NCBI GenBank assembly: GCA_040752695.1 | Contig: JBFMGO010000024.1 | Span: 18,876-57,046, forward strand | DNA length: 38,171 nucleotides | DNA from: a bacterium | GTDB taxonomy: Bacteria; SZUA-182; DTGQ01 | Reading direction: 5' to 3' | Part shown: positions 1 through 9,654 of the stretch, piece after piece | How positions within the stretch are numbered: the stretch's first letter is position 1 | Layout: each line of letters starts with the position of its first letter | Made by a program: the position numbers and the translations under genes | Notes under the pieces: generated by a model | What the model was told of the DNA's origin: nothing | Databases searched by the model: none | Seen by the model: the letters and a program-made list of their open reading frames with translations, nothing else

Positions 1-1
1 A

Positions 2-1936
2 GGAAAATTCATGTTTTTCGGGGATGGAGGTTCTGTCTTTTCTCCTCTGGCCAGGTCACTGGATGTCACAGCTCATGAGTATACCCATGGCGTTACCGAA
101 AACACGGCCAGATTAAAATACCAGTATCAGTCGGGTGCATTAAGTGAAGCGTTTTCGGACATTTTTGCCTGCATGATCGACCGGCGGAATTGGCAGATAG
201 GTGAAGATGTCACCAATAGGTATCCCTATTTTTTAAGAGACCTCAAAGACCCTCATCATGGGCTGAGCTCATTACCTGCATCCATGGATGAATATCGGAA
301 TTTGCCCGGCACTGAAGATGGCGACTATGGAGGTGTCCATATCAATTGCAGCATCCCCGGCCGTGTGGCTTATCTGATGGCCGAGGGACTGAGCAGCGAA
401 GGATATGGAGCGAGCATCGGCAGAGATGAAACCGAAAAGATTTTCTACCGGGCACTTACGCAGCATCTTACGCCGGAGAGCGATTTTTCCGACTGCCGCC
501 GCGCGACAATCCAGAGCGCCGAGGAACTGCACGGTGCCGATTCGGCTGAAGTTCAGGCAGTAGAGACTGCCTGGGATGTCGTCGATGTTCTGGAAGAAGA
601 AGACACTGGGGGTGAAGAGGGAGGAACGATAACCCCTGTCAAAGGCCCGGATAATCTCCTTTATATTTTCTATGATGAGTGGGGAGTACCTTATCTGGCT
701 ATGAGACTGGCTACGGGAGAAGAATTTTATGTTTCGCAAACACCGGTGGCCGTGACCCGTCCCGTAGTCGTCGAAAACGGTGAAGCGGTCCTGTTCGTAG
801 ATGCGCAGAACAATCTGAAATTCGCCAGTCTTTCACCTTTTAGTAACTATGAGGCTGTTATTGCGGCCGATGGTAGGGTGCGCACCATAGCAGGCTCTTC
901 GGATGGCCGCTATTTTGCTTATACCACCAATCCTGAAGATAATATGCTTTATCTGCTGGATATGGAAGCAATGGATAAAAAGGAATTCACACTCTTCTGG
1001 CCCAGCGATGCCGATGTCTCTTCCAATTCGCTCCTCTATATCGATAATATGGATTTTGACCTGACGGGCAATAAAATTATCTTCGATGCCTTAAGCGAGC
1101 TTAAATTTTCGGACGGTGAAGAGGGGTACTCCTTCTGGGATATCGGTATTCTCGATATCCGCTCAGGAAGGGTAGAAGTGCTCGTTCCGACCATGCCGGA
1201 AGGCTATGACATCTACACCCCATCGGCATCGGCCGTCAGGGACTGGCTGATAGCCTTCGAAAAATACCACAACCCCACGGGAACCCGCGTATCCGTAATC
1301 TTTAACCTCATTACACGGCAGACAAGCACCATTGCCGAGGGGACCGGCAGTCCCGTTTTCAATGGAGATGATACCTTCCTTGCCCTCGAATACGATAATG
1401 AGATAGTGAAAGTCCCTATCCAGGTACAGAGTGATGGAAGCGCTGGCAGCAGGTTCGACGACAGAGAAGTAATAGGCACGGGCAATTCCTGCTTCTATCC
1501 ACGATTTTACCGCGTTGGCCAGAGGGCCGTAAACCCTGATATCCGGGTCTCGGACAGTATGATGACCTTCGGGACAGTCAAGATCGGATATTTTATCACC
1601 AAAACCCTGATGATTTCCAACGTGGGAACTTACGATCTTACGATCGATGATTTCCAGATAACGGATAATCGAAATTTCAGGCATAGAGGTATTCACACCA
1701 GCATAGCGCCAGGCGCTTCAATAAGCATACAGATTTCCTTCGTGCCTCAGAATACAGGCGCCAAATCAGCCACTCTTTCCATTTTTTCAGATGATCCCGA
1801 TGCCCTCAGAACAGATGTTTCTCTTGTCGGCGAGGGAGTTCAGAGTTATAAGTCAACGGGCGGGAGTGGAAGCAGCGGGAGCAGTGAAAGCGTCGGGGGT
1901 TGTTTTATCCATACGCTCATCTCCCCTCGTCGCTAA
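2..1936 (+). CDS. M4 (thermolysin-family) metallopeptidase, 5'-truncated; followed by a probable beta-propeller region, an ASH/choice-of-anchor-D-like Ig domain and a CFI-box-like C-terminal tail
   Basis: HEYTH zinc motif, SGALSEAFSD third-ligand motif and DYGGVHINCSI (cf. thermolysin DNGGVHINSGI). The frame is open to the window edge (GKF precedes Met at 11), so the true start is upstream. The C-terminal FGTVKIG...ISNVGTYDLTI...FVPQNTGAKSATLSI is ASH-like, and the protein ends GGSGSSGSSESVGGCFIHTL. Confidence 0.9.
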   Translation, partial: GKFMFFGDGGSVFSPLARSLDVTAHEYTHGVTENTARLKYQYQSGALSEAFSDIFACMIDRRNWQIGEDVTNRYPYFLRDLKDPHHGLSSLPASMDEYRNLPGTEDGDYGGVHINCSIPGRVAYLMAEGLSSEGYGASIGRDETEKIFYRALTQHLTPESDFSDCRRATIQSAEELHGADSAEVQAVETAWDVVDVLEEEDTGGEEGGTITPVKGPDNLLYIFYDEWGVPYLAMRLATGEEFYVSQTPVAVTRPVVVENGEAVLFVDAQNNLKFASLSPFSNYEAVIAADGRVRTIAGSSDGRYFAYTTNPEDNMLYLLDMEAMDKKEFTLFWPSDADVSSNSLLYIDNMDFDLTGNKIIFDALSELKFSDGEEGYSFWDIGILDIRSGRVEVLVPTMPEGYDIYTPSASAVRDWLIAFEKYHNPTGTRVSVIFNLITRQTSTIAEGTGSPVFNGDDTFLALEYDNEIVKVPIQVQSDGSAGSRFDDREVIGTGNSCFYPRFYRVGQRAVNPDIRVSDSMMTFGTVKIGYFITKTLMISNVGTYDLTIDDFQITDNRNFRHRGIHTSIAPGASISIQISFVPQNTGAKSATLSIFSDDPDALRTDVSLVGEGVQSYKSTGGSGSSGSSESVGGCFIHTLISPRR

Positions 1937-1969
1937 CACGGGTCCTTGCGCCCCCCTTGAGAAGCGAAA

Positions 1970-3139
1970 TTAATGGGTCCTGAGTGCATCGACGATATTC
2001 ATCTGTGAAGCCCTGAAGGCGGGGAATACTCCGCCGATAAGGCCCATGATCAGCGAGAAGAAAAGTGCCTGGCAGGCTATAGTGAAGGAGAGGGAGAAGG
2101 AAAAGGCCAGTTCCGAAAAGGTCTGGAAGTTTATGGTCGAGATCGTTATCAGTTGCAGGAAAGAGGCGAATAAGAGGCCAAACATGGCGCCCAGAAAGCC
2201 AAGAAGCAGGGATTCGAAGAGAAAGGCGCCGAGGATGCTCCGTTTTTGGAAGCCGAGGGCACGAAGGGTTCCGATTTCACGGGTTCGGGTGGCCACGGAG
2301 GCATACATGGTGATTATGGCTCCGATCGTAGCACCCAGGGAAAAGATCACGGTCAGCGATATTCCCAGGACGCGCAGGAATGTGGCCATCCACTTTGACT
2401 GCTCCAGGTAGTACTCGATTTCCTTCTTGGCTTCCAGAGTCAGTCGGGGGTCTGATTCGATATGTGCTTTGAATTTCTCGAATTCCGAAACGTCGCGTAA
2501 CCTGAAGGTTATCGATGAATAGACCGGACGGCGAAAGGTCTGCATGAGCTGGTCGACATCCGCCCAGATTTCCGAGCCGAATCCGGTGCCCTCTGCATCG
2601 AACACTCCCACAACGGTCCAGTCCCTCATGCCGATGCGGAGCGTTTGCCCGATGCCGACCTCCTGGAATCTCTTGGCGATATTTTGTCCGACAATGATAT
2701 CCGATGTTCCCGGCCTTGGGCGCCGCCCTTGCACCAGTTTTACTTTTGGCCGCAGGGAGAGCGAGCTTTCTCCGACGCCTCTGACAGCTACGTTGGATTG
2801 ATTATCCCTCCCGCGCTTTTGGAGGCTGACCAGTACCAGGGACTCTCTGGCCAAAAGGGGCTGGCCGTTTTTCCCAATGGCAATCTCGGGCTGCGTTTCC
2901 ACTATGGCTGCCTGCAACCGGTCAATTCCGCTGAAAACTTCAGTAGCGGCCCCTTTGCGGATTACCACGACATTATCCGAAGAGCCGGTCCCTACCAGGG
3001 CTTTTCGCAGTCCTTCTGCGAGCATCAGGCTTGCGGCCAGGACAAAGACCACCGAGGCCATACCAAGGGCGGTAAAAAGGGTGGTAAGCCGACGTGCCCA
3101 GAGATTGCGGAGGCTATAGGACAAAGGGACAGCCGACAC
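1970..3139 (-). CDS. ABC transporter permease (MacB/FtsX family)
   Basis: N-terminal YSLRNLWARRLTTLFT, large extracytoplasmic domain, TRTREIGTLRALGF motif and three C-terminal TMs ending PAFRASQMNIVDALR. Confidence 0.9.
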   Translation of the reverse strand: MSAVPLSYSLRNLWARRLTTLFTALGMASVVFVLAASLMLAEGLRKALVGTGSSDNVVVIRKGAATEVFSGIDRLQAAIVETQPEIAIGKNGQPLLARESLVLVSLQKRGRDNQSNVAVRGVGESSLSLRPKVKLVQGRRPRPGTSDIIVGQNIAKRFQEVGIGQTLRIGMRDWTVVGVFDAEGTGFGSEIWADVDQLMQTFRRPVYSSITFRLRDVSEFEKFKAHIESDPRLTLEAKKEIEYYLEQSKWMATFLRVLGISLTVIFSLGATIGAIITMYASVATRTREIGTLRALGFQKRSILGAFLFESLLLGFLGAMFGLLFASFLQLITISTINFQTFSELAFSFSLSFTIACQALFFSLIMGLIGGVFPAFRASQMNIVDALRTH

Positions 3140-3140
3140 T

Positions 3141-4295
3141 TTATGGAATCCTCCCCAGTTCTTCGGCTATGGGTACCTTTGCAGCCCGCCAGGCTGGTAT
3201 AATGGCGGCTGTGATCCCCACCAGGACAGAGGCAATTGCGTAGTAGAGAAAAATTTTCGTATTGAGTATGAATATGGGAAGATAATCGCTCAGTGCTCTG
3301 GCGATGGCGTTTTTTACCGGAATGGTAAGGGCGATACCGAGTGCGCAGCCGGTCATGGCGATGATCAGAGATTCGCCCAGAATCAGTACCATGATAGGCC
3401 ACGGCCCAAACCCCAGGGTTTTGAATACTGCGTACTCGGCGGTTCTTTCCCTGACGGACATGATCATGGTATTTGCGGCTACAGCCATGATGATGAAGAT
3501 GACGACCAGAGAGACAAGCTGAACTGCCTTGATGATCGCATCACTCATGGCAAGGAAGCTCAACTGGAACGATTTCTCGGTTTCGGTCAGAGTTTCAGCC
3601 AAGGAGTTTTTAAAGGTTTTGTCTACGGCCAAAGACACCTTAGTGGCAAGATCGGGGCTCTTCACACCGATGAGGTAAAAATCGACCTGATCCGCCCGGT
3701 GGGGCATGGTTTCCCGTATGGTTTCGTTAAGGTAGTCCCAATGAAAAAAGAATTGGGTCTCATCGATATCATTCACTCCGGCCTGGTAGAAACCGGCCAG
3801 CATAAATTCCCATGTGCCGGGGAAAATGGTCCCTTTAAGCGTGATACTGTCACCGACTTTCCACCCGAACCTGTCTCTCAGCTTACAGCCGGCAAGGGCT
3901 GCCCTGCGGTCGCGGAGGAAACTGGCACTTTGCTCCGGGGGTATCAGGTAGTCGTAAAGTTTGAGATAGCCTCTGGGTTCGACGGCAAAATTGGGGAAAA
4001 AGTTTTTTTCTTCGATATAGATGCCACCAAACCAGTCCCCGTAAGTTACCTCCTGCACCCCATCTATCTGAGATATTTTATCTTTATAAGAGATGGGAAG
4101 AGAAAAGGCCAGGGAAATGGCGTTTCTGGTTACCAATCGGTAGCTGGAAGCTGAATTTGCCCCGGCGTACCAGGAGTTTACGAGGGTTTGCAAAAGGCCG
4201 AAGGCCAGAAGGGCTATGGCGATGCTGAGAATAGTCAAAAAGGTACGGACCTTGCGGCGAAAGGCATTCTTTACCACCAGCTTGAGCGGGAACAT
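3141..4295 (-). CDS. ABC transporter permease (MacB/FtsX family)
   Basis: [14 protein letters not shown]-terminus, [17 protein letters not shown] motif and [15 protein letters not shown]-terminus; abuts its neighbours. Confidence 0.9.
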   Translation of the reverse strand: MFPLKLVVKNAFRRKVRTFLTILSIAIALLAFGLLQTLVNSWYAGANSASSYRLVTRNAISLAFSLPISYKDKISQIDGVQEVTYGDWFGGIYIEEKNFFPNFAVEPRGYLKLYDYLIPPEQSASFLRDRRAALAGCKLRDRFGWKVGDSITLKGTIFPGTWEFMLAGFYQAGVNDIDETQFFFHWDYLNETIRETMPHRADQVDFYLIGVKSPDLATKVSLAVDKTFKNSLAETLTETEKSFQLSFLAMSDAIIKAVQLVSLVVIFIIMAVAANTMIMSVRERTAEYAVFKTLGFGPWPIMVLILGESLIIAMTGCALGIALTIPVKNAIARALSDYLPIFILNTKIFLYYAIASVLVGITAAIIPAWRAAKVPIAEELGRIP

Positions 4296-4978
4296 CAGAG
4301 CAGGACCCCTTTTTCCAGATGCCTGACTACATGGGCCTTAGCTGCTGCCCGGGGATCGTGGGTCACCATGATAATGGTCTTGCCCAGTTCCCTGTTGAGA
4401 CGGTCTAAGAGGTCCAGCACATCCTCAGCAGAAACACGGTCCAGATCGCCTGTGGGCTCGTCAGCCACCACGATGGTCGGATCGGTGATTATGGCGCGGG
4501 CTATGGCCACGCGCTGCTGCTCGCCTCCGGAGAGCTGGCCGGGGTAATGATCCATTCTGCCGGCAAGGTTAACCAGGTTAAGAGCTGCGTCAACATGCTC
4601 CCTTCGCTTCCGCCTGGGAAGCGCTGTCAGGAGCAGGGGCAGTTCGATATTTTCAAAGGCAGTGAGCACCGGAATCAGGTTGTAAAACTGGAAGATAAAG
4701 CCCACATGGGCTGCACGCCACCGGGCGAGTTGCGTTTCGGAAAGCATGGAGATATCGACCCCCCCTACTTTGATAGTGCCGCCATCCACCTTATCAATAC
4801 CGGCGATCAGGTTTAAAAGCGTGCTCTTGCCCGATCCTGACGGCCCCATGAGAGTGAAGAATTCACCCTCCTCGATGGTAAAGGTTATCTGTTCCAATAC
4901 CGCTAGCGTCTGGCTGTCCCGGTGATAGTATTTGGAGATATTTTCTATTTCGACGATCGGCCTTTTTCCGCCTTTCAT
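4295..4978 (-). CDS. ABC transporter ATP-binding protein (LolD/MacB-like)
   Basis: Walker A GPSGSGKS, signature LSGGEQQRV, Walker B VVADEPTG and H-loop VTHD. Start taken at ATG 4978 after GAGG; the ORF is open to 5050. Confidence 0.93.
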   Translation of the reverse strand: MKGGKRPIVEIENISKYYHRDSQTLAVLEQITFTIEEGEFFTLMGPSGSGKSTLLNLIAGIDKVDGGTIKVGGVDISMLSETQLARWRAAHVGFIFQFYNLIPVLTAFENIELPLLLTALPRRKRREHVDAALNLVNLAGRMDHYPGQLSGGEQQRVAIARAIITDPTIVVADEPTGDLDRVSAEDVLDLLDRLNRELGKTIIMVTHDPRAAAKAHVVRHLEKGVLL

Positions 4979-5036
4979 CTTCCATTTCCTCATCAGGCAA
5001 TCTCGATTTTGCTCTACTCCGGAATTATCTATCCTG

Positions 5037-6254
5037 CTATAATCCGGCAACCTCGATTCTTGCCTTGTCTTTCAACTCTTCTTTGGGATTCATCACTACC
5101 CTGTCCCCCACTTTTACGCCGCTCAATACTTCCACCATATCACCGAACCGGCCCCCGCTCTTGATCGGGATTTCGACCGCACGGTCACCCTGGATCAGGA
5201 AAACGAACTCCTTACCGTTTCTGCTCACCACGGCATCCGGGCTCAGGACAGTGCGGGGACTCATCTCCTCGGAGGTAAGCTTTTTAGAAAGAAAAGCAAC
5301 CTTGGCGCTCATCTCCGGCAGTACACGGTTGTCTTCATCCACGAAGCGCACCTTGACCATGATAGTCGCTTTGGTACGGTCCACGGTTGGCACAATCATA
5401 TGAACGATACCTCGGAAACGGTATCCGGGCAGGGCATCCAACTGAATCTCGCATGGCTGTCCCCTTCTCACTTTTTCCAGATTGGATTCGGAGATATCTA
5501 CTTCCACCTGAAGTGAGCCCATATCGGCGATGGTAACGACGGCAGCCTTGATATTGGCAGCAGCTCCCAGGGGAGTGATGACGTCGCCGACATCAGCATT
5601 TTTCGTCAGTACGACAGCATCAAAGGGAGTTCTGATGAAGGTATTATCGAAAGATATCCTGGCCCCTTCAAGGGCAGCGGCCTGGGCCCTGACTGTTGCC
5701 TCGGCTGCGGTGACTGCGGCTGCGGATCTCTGGTAGCGGGCCTCGCAGACATCATAGTCTGCCTGCGACAAAAAGCCCCGGCTCAGCATCTCTTTGCACC
5801 GATTCAAGGCCAGAGTTGTCTCGCGAAGATCGGCTCTTGTCTGCTCAAGGGTAAACCGGGCTACACTCAAATTGGCCTCAGCCTGATCTCTCACCGAAGC
5901 TGCATCGGCATCTTCCAGGCGGGCAATCACCTGTCCCTTTTTGACCCTGCTTCCCTCCTCTACCAACAATGATACGAGACGGCCGGTAATCTTGGATGAT
6001 ACGGCGGCCTTGCGCTGGGCTACGACATAACCGCTTGCGTTCAAAAGAGTGAAGGCTTGCGAAGGGTACATCTGGGAGACCATGGTGATTTCAACCCGGT
6101 ACGTTGGGAGAAAAATTTTCCGCAGAAGGAAAAGGAGGGCTCCCAGAATAACAAGTATGATCAAAAGCCACAAAAAGGGTCTTTTCTCCATGCCCGATGA
6201 TGTGGCTGCCCTGGATTTATCAATTTTTAATTTTGAAATATCTATATTGGTCAT
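5037..6254 (-). CDS. Efflux periplasmic adaptor / membrane fusion protein (MacA/HlyD family)
   Basis: Single N-terminal TM, lipoyl-like VSSKITGRLVSLLVEEGSRVKKGQVIARL, coiled hairpin, IRTPFDAVV and LPEMSAKV. Confidence 0.92.
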   Translation of the reverse strand: MTNIDISKLKIDKSRAATSSGMEKRPFLWLLIILVILGALLFLLRKIFLPTYRVEITMVSQMYPSQAFTLLNASGYVVAQRKAAVSSKITGRLVSLLVEEGSRVKKGQVIARLEDADAASVRDQAEANLSVARFTLEQTRADLRETTLALNRCKEMLSRGFLSQADYDVCEARYQRSAAAVTAAEATVRAQAAALEGARISFDNTFIRTPFDAVVLTKNADVGDVITPLGAAANIKAAVVTIADMGSLQVEVDISESNLEKVRRGQPCEIQLDALPGYRFRGIVHMIVPTVDRTKATIMVKVRFVDEDNRVLPEMSAKVAFLSKKLTSEEMSPRTVLSPDAVVSRNGKEFVFLIQGDRAVEIPIKSGGRFGDMVEVLSGVKVGDRVVMNPKEELKDKARIEVAGL

Positions 6255-6598
6255 GCCCTGTCCTTAAAAAAGTACAGATAGTCAAAAGTCAGAATAAATG
6301 CCCCATTTTTTGCTCCGAACCGAATTTTTGGATTTTTGAATTCTCAATTCCTCTCGTATTAATAGGTTCGGTAGAGGGTTGCCAAGTCCTTGCTCATGAA
6401 TCAGCTTCAAAAGGTGAAGAGTTTTCGGCTCGCTGTGAATATCCTCCCTCATCATCCCCTTTTCAATCGGTGGCTTTTTCAAAATGGATGTGCCGATTCG
6501 GGTGGATGGGAGAGAGAGAAAGCCAGTGGGATAAGGATAAACATTCATCCTTAGACAGGCTGATTATTGACTGAAAAGTAAATGGAAAAGGGTAAATT

Positions 6599-7504
6599 AT
6601 GATGATGAGGCGATCACTAAACTCAAGAAAAATACCATTGGAGTTGGGGCATACGCTTCTGAACCACTTTGTGTTACTTGACTACAGGGGGGAGAAATCA
6701 CCCCGTATGGATTATCTTTTGGTACTGGCGCGGATCTTCTGCGCAACCCCTCTGGCCGATGACCTTTTGGTGCTTCAGGATTCCACCATAGCTGATGTAC
6801 GCCTGCGGGTTCTGGGGAAAGATGGATATGAAGCGGATTTTTGTGGAAATGGCATGATCTATGCCGCAGCAAAGGTCGGAGAGGAAATGAATGTCGATAA
6901 GGTTAAGATTGAAAGCGCAAGCGGAGTGAAAACGGCTGTTAAACTCGATGGGGAATGGAAGGTGGAGATTGGTCAAGCAATCATGCTCAATCAGGAACTG
7001 GCAACAATTCCTTCAACCTTACTGCATGGCCGGCCGGTCTTCGGCCTGGTCCGGGCCGGGGAACCCCATTTGATCATGGGTGTTCCGGCCACCTTCAATG
7101 GCTTGCATATGCATCAGAAGGATTTTGAGAACTATTGTCGTCCTTTACGGGATATCACCGGTATTGAAGGCGGTGTGAACATCACGATGGTGTTTGAGAG
7201 CAGGGATAACGCGGTTCTCATTCGGACCTTCGAACGCGGAGTTCAGCGCCAGACCTTCTCCTGCGGTACCGGTTCAGTTTCCGCTGCGGCTGTATTGTTC
7301 AGTACACCTTTGGACGGCAGCGCTTTCGATGTGTGTTCCCTTGGAGGCAGGCATACGGTCATTTATGAACAGAACCAGTGGTTCCTGATGGCTGCACCGC
7401 AGTTGATCAGCACCGGATACCTGACCACTGAGCTGGAATTGCATCTGACCCTCTCGGGACGCTCGCATTTCACGAGGGAATTGACATCCGAAGGAATATT
7501 ATAG
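6599..7504 (+). CDS. dapF: Diaminopimelate epimerase (DapF)-family PLP-independent epimerase/racemase, divergent
   Basis: Both catalytic Cys motifs are present (EADFCGNG and FERGVQRQTFSCGTG), plus GEPH for GNPH. Several substrate-binding residues are changed (see findings). Confidence 0.72.
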   Translation: MMMRRSLNSRKIPLELGHTLLNHFVLLDYRGEKSPRMDYLLVLARIFCATPLADDLLVLQDSTIADVRLRVLGKDGYEADFCGNGMIYAAAKVGEEMNVDKVKIESASGVKTAVKLDGEWKVEIGQAIMLNQELATIPSTLLHGRPVFGLVRAGEPHLIMGVPATFNGLHMHQKDFENYCRPLRDITGIEGGVNITMVFESRDNAVLIRTFERGVQRQTFSCGTGSVSAAAVLFSTPLDGSAFDVCSLGGRHTVIYEQNQWFLMAAPQLISTGYLTTELELHLTLSGRSHFTRELTSEGIL

Positions 7505-7609
7505 GTTAATGAATTTCAGATGTACTAGAGAAGTACATAAGTTTATTTCTTCAAAAAAGGATCTATATTAACTCATTTCTTATTTAAAATGACGCATAGA
7601 TAACGATCG

Positions 7610-7636
7610 AGCAGGGCACGCCACCCTGCTTTTTTT
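7610..7636 (+). terminator. Rho-independent terminator after the DapF-like gene
   Basis: AGCAGGG-CACGCCA-CCCTGCT hairpin followed by TTTTTT. Confidence 0.7.
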
Positions 7637-7704
7637 ATTGTCGAATAATGGATAAGAGTCTGTATTCTTAAGCATTAATTGAAAAGGATTTACTAAAAAT
7701 AATT

Positions 7705-7734
7705 TTGACAAAACACTCACCGGTGTGTTAAATT
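7705..7734 (+). promoter_or_regulatory. Sigma-70-type promoter of the mrp/mnh operon, with a dyad in the spacer
   Basis: TTGACA (7705-7710), 18-nt spacer and extended -10 TGtTAAATT, with an AT-rich upstream region. The spacer holds AACAC-N8-GTGTT and a CACCGGTG palindrome. Confidence 0.6.
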
Positions 7735-7829
7735 TTTAACGTACTGTTTATTTTTAAGATAGTGATGGAAGGTAGAGCGAGCGGGCACCTCCTCGGTTAT
7801 GTGAAACGAAATTGCGCTTCGATGGTAAC

Positions 7830-8396
7830 ATGTTGAAAAGGTTAGTGAAGAAAGAAAAGTGGGAAGAATTTTGGATTTCAGTGATCTACCTTTTTTTGTT
7901 CTGGATGATCATCTCTTTTCCATCCGATGTCTGGTCAAAATTAGGGCTGATAAATCTTGTTGAGCATACGGTGGTAGGATTTATCGTCTCCATACTTATC
8001 ATCTCTCTGTATCCGAAAAATTTATTTACTTCCGGGGAAATTTTCAAACATAAGGATCTGAGGTCGCTGTTTCGCCTGGCCATTTATTTCAGTCACCTGA
8101 TGATTGATATTTTTCTGTCCGGGGTCGATGTAGCCAGGAGGGTCATGCGCAGGCAATTGATGATCTCTCCAGGCATTGTCCAGGTTGAAACCTCTCTTCA
8201 TGCGGATGATGAGATTGCCCTGAACGCCAATTCGATTACCCTTACGCCTGGTACGATCACGATTGAGGCTAAAAAGACAGAGAATGGAAGTATTTTCTGG
8301 GTTCATTGCATCAGTCAGGAAGCAGTCAGGCAGTTTCAGGAAACAGGGGGATTTGTGGAAAGAATCCACCATATTTATGGAGGGGAAAGAGAGTGA
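7830..8396 (+). CDS. mnhE: Na+/H+ antiporter subunit E (MrpE/MnhE)
   Basis: LFLFWMII N-terminal TM, ISPGIVQV and ANSITLTPGTITI hallmark, and WVHCI. ATG at 7830. Confidence 0.92.
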   Translation: MLKRLVKKEKWEEFWISVIYLFLFWMIISFPSDVWSKLGLINLVEHTVVGFIVSILIISLYPKNLFTSGEIFKHKDLRSLFRLAIYFSHLMIDIFLSGVDVARRVMRRQLMISPGIVQVETSLHADDEIALNANSITLTPGTITIEAKKTENGSIFWVHCISQEAVRQFQETGGFVERIHHIYGGERE

Positions 8397-8668
8397 TTGA
8401 GCTTGATTTTCTCTTAAAACTGGCTATTTTGGTCTTGTTCTGTACGATCTTTTTCTGTCTCTATCGGGCTGTCCTTGGACCCACCACGGCCGATCGGATT
8501 ATCGGCATCAACGTGGTAGGGACCAAAGCGGTTACTGCTTTCGTTTTTCTGGCTGCCATTTTTCAGAAAGAGTCATACCTGGACATTGCCATGCTCTATG
8601 CCATGCTGGTCTACGTGACCACGATTGCCTTTGTAAAATATCTGGAGCAACGGGACCTGGGTGATTAA
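8393..8668 (+). CDS. mnhF: Na+/H+ antiporter subunit F (MrpF/MnhF)
   Basis: LYRAVLGPTTADRIIGIN and YLDIAMLYAML motifs. GTG start overlaps the mnhE stop (GTGA) after GGAGG. Confidence 0.92.
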   Translation: MIELDFLLKLAILVLFCTIFFCLYRAVLGPTTADRIIGINVVGTKAVTAFVFLAAIFQKESYLDIAMLYAMLVYVTTIAFVKYLEQRDLGD

Positions 8669-9041
8669 CATGATCTACCTCATCGTAATGTTGCAGATTC
8701 TAGCCGGAATATTTATTGTCGGGGGTATATTTTTCTTTGTTGCTGCCACGGTTGGAGTGATACGGATGCCCGATCCCTATAACCGCGCCCATACGGCAGG
8801 CAAGGGAGACAGCACGGGATTTTTGCTCTCTTTGATCGGAGTATGGTTCTACTGGCTGACCATCAACCCGATAAGGAGTCTAAAGATACTGATGATTATT
8901 ATTTTCATGATGTTCGCCAACCCGATAGCGGTGCATGCCATCTTGCGGTTCTGCTATAAGACAAAAGTGCCCTGGGTGGAAGGAACGACCATGCATCTTT
9001 TGAAGGATCGAGAGAAAGAAAGTACAAACCTCGAAGAGTAA
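8661..9041 (+). CDS. mnhG: Na+/H+ antiporter subunit G (MrpG/MnhG)
   Basis: GVIRMPDPYNRAHTAGKGDSTG and FANPIAVHAI motifs. Confidence 0.92.
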   Translation: MINMIYLIVMLQILAGIFIVGGIFFFVAATVGVIRMPDPYNRAHTAGKGDSTGFLLSLIGVWFYWLTINPIRSLKILMIIIFMMFANPIAVHAILRFCYKTKVPWVEGTTMHLLKDREKESTNLEE

Positions 9042-9072
9042 AAGAAAGTAACAAGAAAAAGAGAGAAAAAAG

Positions 9073-9321
9073 ATGGATCTTTTGGTTTTGGCTCATGTGG
9101 TAATTCTGCTTTTCCTGATAGCTACGGCTCTTTCAGCCATCACGACCAGTGATTTGCTGGAAGCGGTTATCATTTACAGTGCTTACAGCTTTACCATTAC
9201 CCTGACATACAGCCTGTTGAGGGCAACGGATGTCTCCATGACCGAAGCTGCCGTGGGTGCAGGAGTTTCCAGCATCCTTTTCGTTGCCGCCCTGTGCAAG
9301 ACCAAAAGGAGAGAGGATTAA
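9073..9321 (+). CDS. Small antiporter subunit, DUF4040/MbhD-like (split MrpA C-terminal part)
   Basis: DLLEAVIIYSAYS and LRATDVSMTEAAVGAGVSSILF (cf. APDVAxTEAAVGAG). Confidence 0.85.
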   Translation: MDLLVLAHVVILLFLIATALSAITTSDLLEAVIIYSAYSFTITLTYSLLRATDVSMTEAAVGAGVSSILFVAALCKTKRRED

Positions 9322-9648
9322 ATGAAAAAATTTTTGCCTGCTCTTTTATTCACCTTTTTTGCCTTCACCATGATTGCGGTCATTATGCGCTTTGTCCCCA
9401 TCGGAGATCCTCATCTGCCCGGTTATGCAGATTTTATCGCCTCTGATGTGACCAAGGCGAAAGTGATTGAAAAGGCAGATTCCGTCGCCTTGCACTATGC
9501 CCGTAACGGTTCTTTGGATACGGGGGCGTTAGACATCATTGCGGCTACCATTTTTGATTACCGGGGGTATGATACTCTTTTTGAAGTAACGGTTTTGTTT
9601 ACCTCTCTGATAGGGGTTCTTTCCGTGATCGGGACCAAGGAAAGTTAA
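9322..9648 (+). CDS. Small antiporter subunit, MbhE-like (split MrpA/MrpB N-part)
   Basis: DTGALDIIAATIFDYRGYDTLFEVTVLFTS (cf. N-x-V-x-A-I-x-x-D-Y-R-G-x-D-T-L-x-E). Confidence 0.85.
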   Translation: MKKFLPALLFTFFAFTMIAVIMRFVPIGDPHLPGYADFIASDVTKAKVIEKADSVALHYARNGSLDTGALDIIAATIFDYRGYDTLFEVTVLFTSLIGVLSVIGTKES

Positions 9649-9654
9649 AAATCT

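Noticed and set aside
6282..6548. 88-aa minus-strand ORF (and the overlapping 6197-6574 plus ORF) between the efflux operon and the dapF-like gene
   Set aside because: No recognisable motif or convincing RBS; the region more likely holds divergent promoters.
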